From: Candidatus Saccharimonadia bacterium
GTDB lineage: Bacteria > Patescibacteriota > Saccharimonadia > UBA4664
DNA: 64,000 nucleotides
Direction: 5' to 3'
Assembly (NCBI GenBank): GCA_035544015.1
Contig: DATKIP010000012.1
Location: 99,483-163,482 of the forward strand
Below are positions 41,896-51,831 of the stretch, piece after piece. The translations under genes and the position numbers were made by a program. Each line of letters opens with the position of its first letter. Within the stretch, counting starts at the first letter, position 1. Under the pieces are notes generated by a model. That model was given only the letters and a program-made list of their open reading frames with translations, was not told where the DNA came from and did not search any database.

Positions 41896-42141
41896 ATGTC
41901 TTACGCATGCGACATCACGGGCAAGGGCAAGCAGTTCGGCAATAACGTGCCGTTTTCCCAAAAGAAGACCCGCAAGGTCTGGAAGCCCAATCTCCAACCC
42001 AAGACGATTACCATCGGCGGCCAAAAGGTTCGGCTGAAGTTGGCCACGTCCACTATCCGCACCCTCAAGAAATGGGAGCGGGAAGAAGTTGCCAAGCTAG
42101 CCAAGATCGAAGCCGCCAAAGCCGTTCCCGCCGCCGCCTAA
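41896..42141 (+). CDS. rpmB: 50S ribosomal protein L28
   Basis: CDITGKG..GNNV..TRK.WKPNLQ; promoter TTGACT-17-TACACT at 41842-41870. Confidence 0.96.
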   Translation: MSYACDITGKGKQFGNNVPFSQKKTRKVWKPNLQPKTITIGGQKVRLKLATSTIRTLKKWEREEVAKLAKIEAAKAVPAAA

Positions 42142-42154
42142 CTTTTTCGTCCCT

Positions 42155-42184
42155 AAAAAAAACCGCCTCACAAGGCGGTTTTTT
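42155..42184. terminator. Bidirectional intrinsic terminator
   Basis: AAAAAAACCGCCT-CACA-AGGCGGTTTTTT between convergent genes. Confidence 0.85.
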
Positions 42185-42203
42185 CGTTACTCGATGATGC
42201 TCG

Positions 42204-42818
42204 TCAGGAGCCAACCCGCGTCAGCACCACCACCTGCGTTTCGGCCGGCGCCTCCTTGGCATTCACGCGCAGCTTGCTCTCCGGCTCGGGGTTAGCCCCC
42301 ATTTCCTTCAAAAACTTCTCCAGCCCCGCCTGCGGGACGGGATATGTTGTAATTCCGTCATCATAATGCACCGGCACCACGTAGCCAGGCTCGAGCTGCG
42401 CCACCACATCGGCCGCCCCCTCGGCGTCGAGCGTGAGGCCGCCCCCACCCACCGGCACCACCAGCACGTCCACCTGGCCGAGATTCTCAACCTGGTCCTC
42501 GTCGAGCTTGCCCGAGATATTACCAACCACCACCACGTTCACCCCATCAACCAGCACGCTAAAAGCCGTGCCGCGGTGGCCGTCTTCGTCAATGTGCAGC
42601 CGAGCCGGAGCGCCGGTGATCATTGCCCCCTTCACCTCGTACTCACCGGGGCCGTCGATCACCATCGCCCCCGCGACCTCGAGCCATGTTCCGCCCTCGG
42701 CCGGCCCAGTCACCACCACCACGTCAGCCTTGGCCGAACCCACTGGGTCGCTCACCACATTGAGGTTGCGCCCCGACAGCTTCACACTTCCTGCCCCCAG
42801 ATACGTAATATCCATCAT
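42204..42818 (-). CDS. MBL-fold protein with degenerate metal motif
   Basis: IDGPGEYEVKG, VDVLVVPVGG, VVPVHY; no HxHxDH. Confidence 0.8.
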   Translation of the reverse strand: MMDITYLGAGSVKLSGRNLNVVSDPVGSAKADVVVVTGPAEGGTWLEVAGAMVIDGPGEYEVKGAMITGAPARLHIDEDGHRGTAFSVLVDGVNVVVVGNISGKLDEDQVENLGQVDVLVVPVGGGGLTLDAEGAADVVAQLEPGYVVPVHYDDGITTYPVPQAGLEKFLKEMGANPEPESKLRVNAKEAPAETQVVVLTRVGS

Positions 42819-42830
42819 CCGTCTCCCGTC

Positions 42831-43517
42831 TTAATTCCTGATAATATCGCGTCCGCGACCCGGCGTAGCCGCTGTCACAATCGCCACCGGCACATACTCG
42901 CCAAACGTCACGTCGCTATGCGCCAACGGTTTTTCCTGGCCGTCGATGATCACAATTTTGCGCGCCTCAAGCACCGTCGTGATAAACCGGTCATTGAGGC
43001 TCAACCGGTATTGGTATTCGTCGGGTGTGAGCGCCGAATAATTGAGCTCGCGGCCCATCTCTTTCTCCATCTCCGCCACCACTTTTGCCAACCGCGCCTT
43101 GTTGATATCCCCCACCACGAAAATGTCCACGTTGGTGCGGCTGTCCCGCGCAAACGACCCCGTCAGAAACGCAAAGCTTATCGACCCCGTCGATCGCAAC
43201 CGCTTGATGATCTTGTCTTCTTCGCGCGTCTCCTTCACCACCGGGTCGCTCGATTTGGCTGGCATACTCGTAAAGATACTCCGCAGCTGCTCATAATATT
43301 CATACTTCGGATTCACTTCATAGTACAGCCGATTGTTCGAGCCGTCCGAAGACACCAACCCCACCGACAACAAATTCGCCAGCTCCCGCCGCACGGAATT
43401 AATTTGTTCATCGATTTTGCGCGTAATTTCGCGCACATAAAACGGCCGACCTGGATTATTAAAAAACAGGCTGAGCAGCTTCACACGCGTCTTCGAACCA
43501 AACAATTGTTCGACCAT
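42831..43517 (-). CDS. wHTH regulator fused to nucleotidyltransferase-like domain
   Basis: LFGSKTRVKLL, YVREITR..NSVRREL; TGSF..VDIFVVGD. Confidence 0.85.
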   Translation of the reverse strand: MVEQLFGSKTRVKLLSLFFNNPGRPFYVREITRKIDEQINSVRRELANLLSVGLVSSDGSNNRLYYEVNPKYEYYEQLRSIFTSMPAKSSDPVVKETREEDKIIKRLRSTGSISFAFLTGSFARDSRTNVDIFVVGDINKARLAKVVAEMEKEMGRELNYSALTPDEYQYRLSLNDRFITTVLEARKIVIIDGQEKPLAHSDVTFGEYVPVAIVTAATPGRGRDIIRN

Positions 43518-43649
43518 ACCTGAACACTTTCCGCCTCGGTTACCCCTGTATTGCCACATAGTATAGCAAATTAGCTCAACGATATCACCAGACGCTCGAA
43601 GGGGCCCGGCACGCAAGTGCGCACCGAGCCCCATGGCCCCAAAAAGGGC

Positions 43650-44150
43650 CTACGTAGAAGTAGGCGTTGTGGCTACGGCCTGGAGCGTTTTGATCAACCG
43701 CCCCGCGACGGGCTCGCGATCAGGCAGACCGTCGCACAATGCCTGGTCGAAGTAGGACTTGGACACGACCCCCTCGTCACCCGGCTGCTGGTAGGTAGTC
43801 TCGACGCGACAAACCGGATCTCTGTCCGAGCCCCCCACTACATCCCGCTTCACCGATGTACCCCAGGAAGAGTAATCCAGCTGCAGCGTATCAACGCCGT
43901 AAAGGACATACCCGTCCATCGGTGTAGTACAGAAACTCCCGGCCGGGTAATAGACGCTCCAGTGCTCGGCGTGGCCATCCGGCTTGAGCCAAAATCGGCA
44001 CACACCGTCGTGCACCTTGGGATCACGCATCTCAGCCCGAACCACAGTGCCGGTCTCATGGACCTTGATTCCCGACCCGCAAGCCGCCGCAGCTGGAGCC
44101 AGCGCCACGATCAACAGCCCGACCACGCCCAGACGATGTACTCGACGCAT
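43650..44150 (-). CDS. Hypothetical secreted protein or lipoprotein
   Basis: Basic-hydrophobic signal ending AAAC-GSG; AAGG SD. Confidence 0.55.
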   Translation of the reverse strand: MRRVHRLGVVGLLIVALAPAAAACGSGIKVHETGTVVRAEMRDPKVHDGVCRFWLKPDGHAEHWSVYYPAGSFCTTPMDGYVLYGVDTLQLDYSSWGTSVKRDVVGGSDRDPVCRVETTYQQPGDEGVVSKSYFDQALCDGLPDREPVAGRLIKTLQAVATTPTST

Positions 44151-44230
44151 ACACCTTACCTTTTCTCTCAGGTGCCCGCAGGCACTCAGTGCTTACGCGC
44201 CTCGCATGATATAAACAAAAACAAGTTCGT

Positions 44231-45595
44231 TCAAGCGCGAACAATCGAGACCAGCAACGCCACGGCCGCAGCCGCCATCACTCCGAAACAAATCCACAGC
44301 CCCGCCAGCGACAACCAGCCGCTGCGATGCTCGCCCATCACGTCCGCCCGCCGCGACACCCGCGCAATCAGGTAAATCAGGGGCACCGCCGCCAACCCAT
44401 TAAACACCGCCGTAAATATCAGCGCCTTGATCGGATCGAGTCCAATGAAGTTAAATACCAACCCCGCCAGCGTCCCAAAAATAATCACCAAATAAAACTG
44501 CCGCGCCTGCTTAAACTTCCGAAACAACCCTTCGTTCCAATTGAATGTCTCGCTCAGCGCATACGACGACGATCCCGCCAGCACCGGCACACTCATGAGC
44601 CCGATGCCAATCACCCCCACCGCAAACACCACCTTCGCGATGTAGCCCGCGTTCGGGAAACCGTCCACGAGCGGCTCCAATGCTTTGGCCGCATCGGCCG
44701 CCGAGTCAATATTCGTGACCCCATGCGCCCCCAGCACCACCGCCCCCACCACAATCACAAACCACGCCGTCACGTTCGAAAACAGCATCCCCAACGCCGT
44801 ATCAATCCGCAGCCGCCGCAAGTACGGCGCCGTCAGCTTGGGCACCCCACCACGCTGCGCCAGCCGGTGCGCCGCAATCTCGTCCTCTACCACCTCGCTC
44901 GTCTGCCAAAAGAAGAGATACGGCGAAATCGTCGTGCCAAAAATCGCCACCACGATGTAGAGGTACTCCGGGCTCCACACAATCCGCGGCGTCACCGTTG
45001 CCCGCAGCACTTCCTGCCACGGCACGTTCACCAAAAACGCCGTCACCGGATACGCAAACAGCGCCACGGCCAGCCACTTCAAAATCCGCACGTAGGTCTT
45101 GTACGCCACCAGCACTTCCAGCACCAACATCACCACCGCAAAAATCATCGCCAGCAGCGCAAACGGCAGCGGCACCAGCAGCTGCATACTCGCCGCCATG
45201 GCGCCAATGTCGGAGCCGATGTTGAGCGTATTGGCCACCACCACCAGCCCCACCACCGGGTACAGCACGTATGCCGGGTAATGCTCGCGAATCACCGCCG
45301 CCAAGCCCTTGCCCGTCACCGCGCCGATCCGCATGCAAGCCTCTTGCACCGCCGTCATTAGCGGGTAGGTAAACAGCATCGTCCAAGGCAGCGCAAAGCC
45401 AAATTGCGCCCCCGCCTGCGAATACGTCGCCAAACCCGACGGGTCGTCGTCGGCCGCTCCCGTCACGATCCCTGGGCCCAAAATGCGCAAAAATCGGCTA
45501 AATCCACGCTGACGCCGGCGCCGCTTCGAGCCGGCCGGCGCCTTGGTAGCTTCGAGCTCCGCCTCAGTAATCGCCTCGTCGGGCAAGAGAATCAT
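44231..45595 (-). CDS. NRAMP-like divalent metal transporter
   Basis: GPGIVTGAADDDPSG, GTTISPYLFFWQ, many TM helices. Confidence 0.9.
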   Translation of the reverse strand: MILLPDEAITEAELEATKAPAGSKRRRRQRGFSRFLRILGPGIVTGAADDDPSGLATYSQAGAQFGFALPWTMLFTYPLMTAVQEACMRIGAVTGKGLAAVIREHYPAYVLYPVVGLVVVANTLNIGSDIGAMAASMQLLVPLPFALLAMIFAVVMLVLEVLVAYKTYVRILKWLAVALFAYPVTAFLVNVPWQEVLRATVTPRIVWSPEYLYIVVAIFGTTISPYLFFWQTSEVVEDEIAAHRLAQRGGVPKLTAPYLRRLRIDTALGMLFSNVTAWFVIVVGAVVLGAHGVTNIDSAADAAKALEPLVDGFPNAGYIAKVVFAVGVIGIGLMSVPVLAGSSSYALSETFNWNEGLFRKFKQARQFYLVIIFGTLAGLVFNFIGLDPIKALIFTAVFNGLAAVPLIYLIARVSRRADVMGEHRSGWLSLAGLWICFGVMAAAAVALLVSIVRA

Positions 45596-45800
45596 AGTGC
45601 CTACAAGCATAACCACAATCCGACCCGCCCGTCCAGTAGAATGAGACAACAGCCGCCAAACCACTATTCCATTTCTCGGAATAGTGCCAAAATGGTCGAT
45701 GATTTATCCCTTTATAAAGCCATAAAAATTTACCTGCCTTTGCACTATTCCAGAAAATGGAATAGTGCCAACACCCACGCAGGTTCTTCGAGACAACAGC

Positions 45801-46520
45801 CTACCGCGGCCGTCCCGCGGCCACCCCCGCCGCCACGTGCTCCAGACGATCATCGAGCGGCTCCAGCTCCGTCACCCCATGCCGCCGCCGCAACGCCTCC
45901 AGCAGCAAATGATCCGCCAGCCCCGGATTCTTCGGCAGCACCGGCCCGTGCAAATACGTGCCCACAGCCGCCTGCGTCATCGCCCCTTCGCGCCGACTGC
46001 GCACATCGTTCCCATAGCCCTTCACGATCCGCCCTAGCGGCGCCTGGCCCTTATCGAGCCTCGTAGCTCCCGAATGATTCTCAAACCCCACCAGCACCCC
46101 GTAGTCGCTCTGCGATACCACATTACCAATCATCCGCACGTTACCCGCCCGCGTCGTGGCGCCAAACACCCCGATTCCCGGAATCCGGCTCCCATCGTGC
46201 GTCACAAATTCTCGCCCAAACAGCTGGTACAAGCCACAAATCACCAACATCGGCACCCCAGCCGCCGCCATCTCCCGCAGCGCCTCGCCGTGCCGCGTGA
46301 GGTCCGCGCCCACCACCAGCTGACCCGAATCCTGGCCACCGCCGCCAAACACCAAGTCCACAGCCCCCCAGTCCACCGTTTCCCCAATTTCCACCGGCAC
46401 CACCCGCGCTCCAAACCCCCGCCACTCCAGCCGCTTCACGAGCGTAATAATATTGCCCATATCGCCATAAATATTCATCTCTCGCGGGTAGAGATGCGCG
46501 ATCGTGATATGCCCTCTCAT
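45801..46520 (-). CDS. gatD: GatD glutamine amidotransferase subunit
   Basis: YGDMGN, GGGQD, ICGLYQL, GFENH, TYLHGPVLPKNP. Confidence 0.92.
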   Translation of the reverse strand: MRGHITIAHLYPREMNIYGDMGNIITLVKRLEWRGFGARVVPVEIGETVDWGAVDLVFGGGGQDSGQLVVGADLTRHGEALREMAAAGVPMLVICGLYQLFGREFVTHDGSRIPGIGVFGATTRAGNVRMIGNVVSQSDYGVLVGFENHSGATRLDKGQAPLGRIVKGYGNDVRSRREGAMTQAAVGTYLHGPVLPKNPGLADHLLLEALRRRHGVTELEPLDDRLEHVAAGVAAGRPR

Positions 46521-47890
46521 CGCGGCATCGCCTTCATCTGCGTACGCCGCGCCAGCAACTTGCGCACCTCAAGCATGGCCGTATACGTAGGCAAGATGTA
46601 CGCCGTTTCACCCGCCGGGGTCGCCGCCACGAGCGCCTCAATGCCCTCGCCCACGCTCGCCGCCGTCTGCGACTCCACCCCGGCGTAATGCAGCCGCACC
46701 GCCATGTCGGCGCCGCGCACCCCCGCCGTAAACGCTCGTGTATCGTGGCCCCCCAGGGCCTCAATCGGCACATCCCACAGCCACGATACGTCGCGGCCAT
46801 CCGCCGCCAAATCGTTGATCACAAACAACACCCGCACCGCCTCGCGGCCAATCACAAACGTTTGCAGCACCTGTGCAAACCCCGCCGGGTTCTTGATGAG
46901 CAGCAAACACAGCGTCCGGCCATCGATCTCCACCCGCTCCACCCGGCCAAACGCCGCGCGGGTTGCCGCCAGCGCCGCCTGCATCACCGGCATCTCCACC
47001 CCATATCCCACACCCAAACTCACGGCCGCCAGCGCGTTGTAGAGATTGTACGTTCCCGGCAGCGGAAACCGCAGCTCCGTCCGCTTACCCCGCACCGCCA
47101 CCACAAACCGACTACCGTCACGATCAGCTTCCTCCACGTTCGTCACCGCCACCGTCGGCGCCGGCCGCCCAAAATCTCCCTTGGGACAGCGATAATGCCC
47201 CACATGCCCATAAAACACCCGGCTAAATTCCAGCCGCGAGTGGCACACCGGGCACCGATCCGAATCCGTAGCCGTTTGATGCTCGCCCACCGCACTCACC
47301 GGCATGCCCTCAATCCCAAAATAATGCACCTGCTCAGGGCTGCGGGCATACGTGGCCAAGCTCGCCACCAACGGATCATCGGCGTTCAAATAAACTTGGG
47401 CATCGGTACCTGCAATCCCCTCGCCAATCAGCGCGGCAGTCGTATCTAGCTCGCCGTAACGGTCGAGCTGATCCCGAAACAAATTCGTCACCACGATATG
47501 CGTCGGCCGCACCTCCGGCGCCACCCGCCGCAAGCTCGCCTCATCCACCTCAAACAGCCCCACGGTCGCGCGCACCCGACCGCCCATATCGGCCGCCCGT
47601 ATCAACGCCGACGTCACGCCGCGTTTCAGGTTCGACCCACTGCTGTTCGTCACCACCACCAGCCCCATCGCCTCCAAAAACTCTGCGATAAGCTTGGTCG
47701 TGGTCGTTTTGCCATTCGTACCCGTCACCAAAATCACCCCGCCGCTCAAACCAGCCGCCAGCTTGGCCGCCAAATGCGGGTCCAACCGTTCCGCCACCAA
47801 CCCCGGCAATGCCCCGCCACCGCCGCGTCCAAGCCCTCGGCTCAAAGCCGCCGCCACCTTCGTAACAAGCAATGTCAGCGTGACGTTCAT
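46517..47890 (-). CDS. murT: MurT lipid II amidotransferase subunit
   Basis: TGTNGKTTT, EVDEA, NLFRDQLDRYGE, CPVC, KNPAG, DGRDVSWLWD, TYTAM. Confidence 0.94.
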   Translation of the reverse strand: MNVTLTLLVTKVAAALSRGLGRGGGGALPGLVAERLDPHLAAKLAAGLSGGVILVTGTNGKTTTTKLIAEFLEAMGLVVVTNSSGSNLKRGVTSALIRAADMGGRVRATVGLFEVDEASLRRVAPEVRPTHIVVTNLFRDQLDRYGELDTTAALIGEGIAGTDAQVYLNADDPLVASLATYARSPEQVHYFGIEGMPVSAVGEHQTATDSDRCPVCHSRLEFSRVFYGHVGHYRCPKGDFGRPAPTVAVTNVEEADRDGSRFVVAVRGKRTELRFPLPGTYNLYNALAAVSLGVGYGVEMPVMQAALAATRAAFGRVERVEIDGRTLCLLLIKNPAGFAQVLQTFVIGREAVRVLFVINDLAADGRDVSWLWDVPIEALGGHDTRAFTAGVRGADMAVRLHYAGVESQTAASVGEGIEALVAATPAGETAYILPTYTAMLEVRKLLARRTQMKAMPR

Positions 47891-47893
47891 GGC

Positions 47894-48781
47894 TCAAGTA
47901 TAGCGCAGTCCAAAATCCGCCACCAATTGCTCGGCTTCGGCCGCCGACTGTACCCACCGAATCCCCTCATGCCGTTTAAACCACGTCACCTGTTTCTTGT
48001 AGAGCGCCATGTCGCCGCGCACGAAATCAGCCGTCGCTTGCTCGAGCGTTTTGGTCCCCAAAACGTACCCCTTAAATGCTCGATACCCAATCACCTCCAG
48101 CGCCGCACTTTCCCAGCCATACATCTCACCAATGTCTTCAACTTCACGAATAAAGCCTTCCTCAAGCATTTTTTTCACTCTTTGCTCCACCCGATGTTGA
48201 ACAATTTCTTTGTTCAAGATCGTCCCCAACACCAATGCCTCGGGCACCATCTCGGTCCGCCGCGTTCGCCGCTCACCAGCCGTTTCAATCGCCCGAATCA
48301 CCCGCCGGCGGTTGGTCCGCTCCACGGTTTCGTAGGCCTCCGGATCCTCCGCCGCCAGCAGTTCCAGCAAATCTTCATCGCCCATCGCCTCCAATCGCGC
48401 CCGCAAAGCCGGCTCAGATTCTGACGGAAATTCATAATCAAACAACACTGCGTCCACATACAATCCGCTCCCACCCACCAACAGCGGCAGCCTACCCCGG
48501 CTCGCAATATCAGCCATTGCCCCCACCGCCAGCTGCTTAAACGCCGCCGCACTCAGTCGCTCGCCGGGATCAATCACATCCAGCATATGATGCCGCACCC
48601 GCGCCTGCTCCGCCGCCGTCGGTTTGGCCGTGCCAATATCCATGCCGCGGTAGAGCGTCCGCGAATCGGCGCATACAATCTCGCCCCCAAATCGCTCAGC
48701 CAAATGCAAGCTCAGCGCCGTCTTGCCCGTAGCTGTCGGCCCTACCACGGCCACAAATTTCGCTCGCACGCCGCTCATCAT
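47894..48781 (-). CDS. miaA: tRNA dimethylallyltransferase
   Basis: GPTATGKT, ADSR..YRGMDIGTAKP, VGGSGLY, IGY, KKQVTWF. Confidence 0.97.
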   Translation of the reverse strand: MMSGVRAKFVAVVGPTATGKTALSLHLAERFGGEIVCADSRTLYRGMDIGTAKPTAAEQARVRHHMLDVIDPGERLSAAAFKQLAVGAMADIASRGRLPLLVGGSGLYVDAVLFDYEFPSESEPALRARLEAMGDEDLLELLAAEDPEAYETVERTNRRRVIRAIETAGERRTRRTEMVPEALVLGTILNKEIVQHRVEQRVKKMLEEGFIREVEDIGEMYGWESAALEVIGYRAFKGYVLGTKTLEQATADFVRGDMALYKKQVTWFKRHEGIRWVQSAAEAEQLVADFGLRYT

Positions 48782-49107
48782 ACTGCAGCCCCACCAATAC
48801 CCGGCGGCCACCACAGCAAAGCCTCAATATCCACCACATAATCCGCATCCACCACCACACCCTCGGCCCGCAGCCGCGCCGCGTGCTCGCTGCGGCCACC
48901 GTGAAACCCACTCGCCAACCCACCGCGCCTATTTACTACCCGCTGCCACGGCAGCTCCTCGGGGCCGTAGTGCGCCAGTCCACCCACAATCCGAGCCGCC
49001 CGCGGGCTGCCGCACACCGCCGCAATCTGGCCATACGTCATCACGCGGCCAGCCGGAATCAACGCCACCAACTCGTACACCCGCTGAGCAAAAGTATCGT
49101 CCGCCAC
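48778..49107 (-). CDS. Alkyltransferase-like (MGMT family, Trp instead of Cys)
   Basis: IPAGRVMTYGQIA..ARIVG..PWQRVVN. Confidence 0.9.
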   Translation of the reverse strand: MADDTFAQRVYELVALIPAGRVMTYGQIAAVCGSPRAARIVGGLAHYGPEELPWQRVVNRRGGLASGFHGGRSEHAARLRAEGVVVDADYVVDIEALLWWPPGIGGAAV

Positions 49108-49110
49108 CGC

Positions 49111-49731
49111 TCAAATCCCCAGATACCGATGCAGCGCCGCCACTCGCTCCCGCCACGCTCCGCTCTGCCGAATCCTACCCACTACCTCGATAATCCGTTC
49201 CGCTTCCGGCACATTCGTGCCCAGCTTCAACGCCTCACGCTTCCAAGCCTCAGGTTCGTATGCGCCGCCAAGTATCCAGATCATGTGCTGGTTCCATTGC
49301 CCCACCACCGCGGCCCCGCCCGCAGACGCCACCACCGCCAGCTCCTGCGCATTTGCCGGCGCCGCAAACATGGCCGCCAAGCGCTGCCGCTCAGGTCCCT
49401 CCAAGGCATAATCAGCCTGCTCCGCCGCCTTCACACCCCGCCATTCCACCACATCCGTCTCCGGCAACAAACCCAAGCCCTGTTCGCGAAAAAATTGATT
49501 CCACGCCTCATCCAAATAGCTATGCAACAACATGCCCACGCGCCAGGCGTCCTCCTCATGCCGCACATCGTCCATAGTTACCCCCTCCCGGTGCGTCAAA
49601 GACCGGGGCAAACCGGCCAGCAGCCGAATGTCCGGAAACGCCGAGCCCCGCACCACCGCCGCCTCATCCAAATCCGGATGATCACGTACGTAGGCCTGCG
49701 CATACACCATATGAATCAACGGCGCCGGCAT
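49111..49731 (-). CDS. Hypothetical protein, possible zinc-dependent phospholipase C-like fold
   Basis: MP...H, GSAFPDI, TH, GMLLHSYLD pattern. Confidence 0.45.
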   Translation of the reverse strand: MPAPLIHMVYAQAYVRDHPDLDEAAVVRGSAFPDIRLLAGLPRSLTHREGVTMDDVRHEEDAWRVGMLLHSYLDEAWNQFFREQGLGLLPETDVVEWRGVKAAEQADYALEGPERQRLAAMFAAPANAQELAVVASAGGAAVVGQWNQHMIWILGGAYEPEAWKREALKLGTNVPEAERIIEVVGRIRQSGAWRERVAALHRYLGI

Positions 49732-49733
49732 CG

Positions 49734-51584
49734 CTACAGGCGGCTCGCGGCCGCGCGCTCCGCCGCCTCGGCCGCCACCGCCTCGGCGAATTCAACTACC
49801 CCAATTTCGCCCTCAAACTCACCGTGCCCCCTGCGCAACCGCGGGCTAATGCGGCCACTTTCGCGTTCTTTCTCACCCACCACCACCGTATACGGCACCT
49901 TCGCGAGCCCAGCCGCCCGTATTTTCTTACCCACACTCTCGGCGCCAGCGTCAATTCCCACCCGCAGACCCTTGGCCGCAAAGTCCCGTCGCAGCTGCTC
50001 CGTGTATTCCAAAATTTCCGGCGTCTCGTTGATCGGCGCCAGCCGCACCTGTTCCGGCGCCAGCCATGCCGGAAACGCTCCGGCCGTCTGCTCCAGCAAG
50101 AGCACCATAAACCGCTCGAGCGAACCCGCAATCGCTGCGTGCAGCATCACGATGCGCTCCCGCTCACCAGCCTCGTTGGTCACCACCAGGTCAAAACCTT
50201 CGGGCTGACCCATGTCGATCTGGATCGTTGCTGCCTGAAATTCGCGTCCAAACACGTCCCGTCCCATGAAGTCGATCTTCGGCCCATAGAAAGCCGCCTC
50301 GCCCAAACCATCCATATACTCCACGCCACGCGCCTCTATCACCGCCTTCATCTGGCGCTCGGTGCGCTCCCACGTCTCGGCCGTACCCAAATATTCATCC
50401 ATTTTATCCGGATCATGCCGACTAAACCGTACCTTCAGCTCAATCCCGAACTTCGCGTTAAACGCCTGCACGATATCCCAAATTTTACCCAATTCCGATT
50501 CAATCTGAGTCGTCCGGCAAAACACGTGCGCATCGTCTTGCGTAATCGACCGCACCCGACTGAGCCCCGAGAGCTCGCCGCTCTGCTCATCGCGGTACAC
50601 CATCGTGGTCTCACGGTAGCGGATCGGCAAATCCCGATAGCTCCGCGGCTGCGAAGCGTAAATTTGCGTGTGGTGCGGGCAGTTCATCGGCTTCATCGCA
50701 AACTCATGCCCCTCCCGAGTTTTAATTTTGAACAACTCCTCCGAAAACTTCTTCCAATGCCCGCTCTTGATGTACAAATCCTTCTTGGTAATATGCGGAA
50801 TCGTTACCGCCTGGTATCCGCCGCCAATCGTCTCGCGCAGCTCCTGCACAAAAGCGTTGATCTGCTCGCGAATCAGCGTTCCCCGCGGCGTAAACAGCGG
50901 CAATCCCGGTCCCACCAGGTCCGAAAACACAAACAAGTCCAACTCTTTGCCCAACTTACGATGATCGCGCTTGGCCGCCTCTTCGAGCATGTCCAAATGC
51001 GCCAAAAGCTCGGGCTTTGTTGTAAATCCTACACCATAGATGCGCTGCATTTGTGCATTCTTCTCGTCGCCGCGCCAGTACGCTCCAGATACACGCATCA
51101 ATTTAAACGCTCCCACCTGGCCCGTTGAAGCCACATGCGGCCCCCGGCACAAATCAGTAAACGGACCGTCCGTGTAGATGCCCACATCATCCACTTTGAC
51201 ACCTTCACCCACCCCCATTTGCGATCGATCAATTTCTTTCGCCACCGTGGTACCGTGCTCCTTAAGGTCGCCCAGCAGGTCCACTTTGTAGGCTTGGCCC
51301 TTATCGCCAAAATATTTGAGCGCTTCTTCGAGCTTCATCGTGGACTGCTCAAATGGATAGTCTGCCTTCACGACCTCGCGCATTTTGCCCTCGATTGCGC
51401 CCAAATCCTCCACCCCAATCGGCTTTGGTAGATCCACATCATAGTAGAACCCGTTCTCCACCACCGGCCCCACGCCAAACTTAGCCTCGGGGTACAGCTC
51501 CTGGATCGCCGTGGCCATAATGTGCGCCAATGAATGCCGCATCGCAAATACCTGCTGGTCTTGATCGGACTGGGGCTTGCTCAT
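49734..51584 (-). CDS. thrS: Threonine--tRNA ligase
   Basis: RHSLAHIMA, DLCRGPH, RDHRKLG, KPMNCPHH, RVRSITQDDAH, AFYGPKID, GSLERF. Confidence 0.98.
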   Translation of the reverse strand: MSKPQSDQDQQVFAMRHSLAHIMATAIQELYPEAKFGVGPVVENGFYYDVDLPKPIGVEDLGAIEGKMREVVKADYPFEQSTMKLEEALKYFGDKGQAYKVDLLGDLKEHGTTVAKEIDRSQMGVGEGVKVDDVGIYTDGPFTDLCRGPHVASTGQVGAFKLMRVSGAYWRGDEKNAQMQRIYGVGFTTKPELLAHLDMLEEAAKRDHRKLGKELDLFVFSDLVGPGLPLFTPRGTLIREQINAFVQELRETIGGGYQAVTIPHITKKDLYIKSGHWKKFSEELFKIKTREGHEFAMKPMNCPHHTQIYASQPRSYRDLPIRYRETTMVYRDEQSGELSGLSRVRSITQDDAHVFCRTTQIESELGKIWDIVQAFNAKFGIELKVRFSRHDPDKMDEYLGTAETWERTERQMKAVIEARGVEYMDGLGEAAFYGPKIDFMGRDVFGREFQAATIQIDMGQPEGFDLVVTNEAGERERIVMLHAAIAGSLERFMVLLLEQTAGAFPAWLAPEQVRLAPINETPEILEYTEQLRRDFAAKGLRVGIDAGAESVGKKIRAAGLAKVPYTVVVGEKERESGRISPRLRRGHGEFEGEIGVVEFAEAVAAEAAERAAASRL

Positions 51585-51600
51585 AAAAAATGCTCCTTAT

Positions 51601-51747
51601 ACCAAAACAACGCGCCATTCCTGGCGCGTCTGGACCCTCGCGGGCGGTTCCACCAGACTTCCTCGGCTCGTAAGCCAAGACTCTTTGGTCGCCGACGTTC
51701 GCCACCGGCAGCGGAGCTCGCGGGGTGGTGAAGCCCGGTCAGCGCCC
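51601..51747 (-). promoter_or_regulatory. T-box riboswitch (Thr) with ultra-short Stem I
   Basis: GGGCGCTGA-CCGGG-CTTC-ACC-A-CCCCG-CGAGCTC Stem I; GTCTGG-TGGAACC-GCCC-GCGA-GGGT-CCAGAC antiterminator; terminator hairpin followed by T-tract. Confidence 0.8.
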
Positions 51748-51831
51748 TATGTACCTGGCGGGATTATAGCGCACATTCGCACGCAACAAAAGCGCCCCGG
51801 AATACGGGGCGCTTTTTTCGAAAAAATCGAA

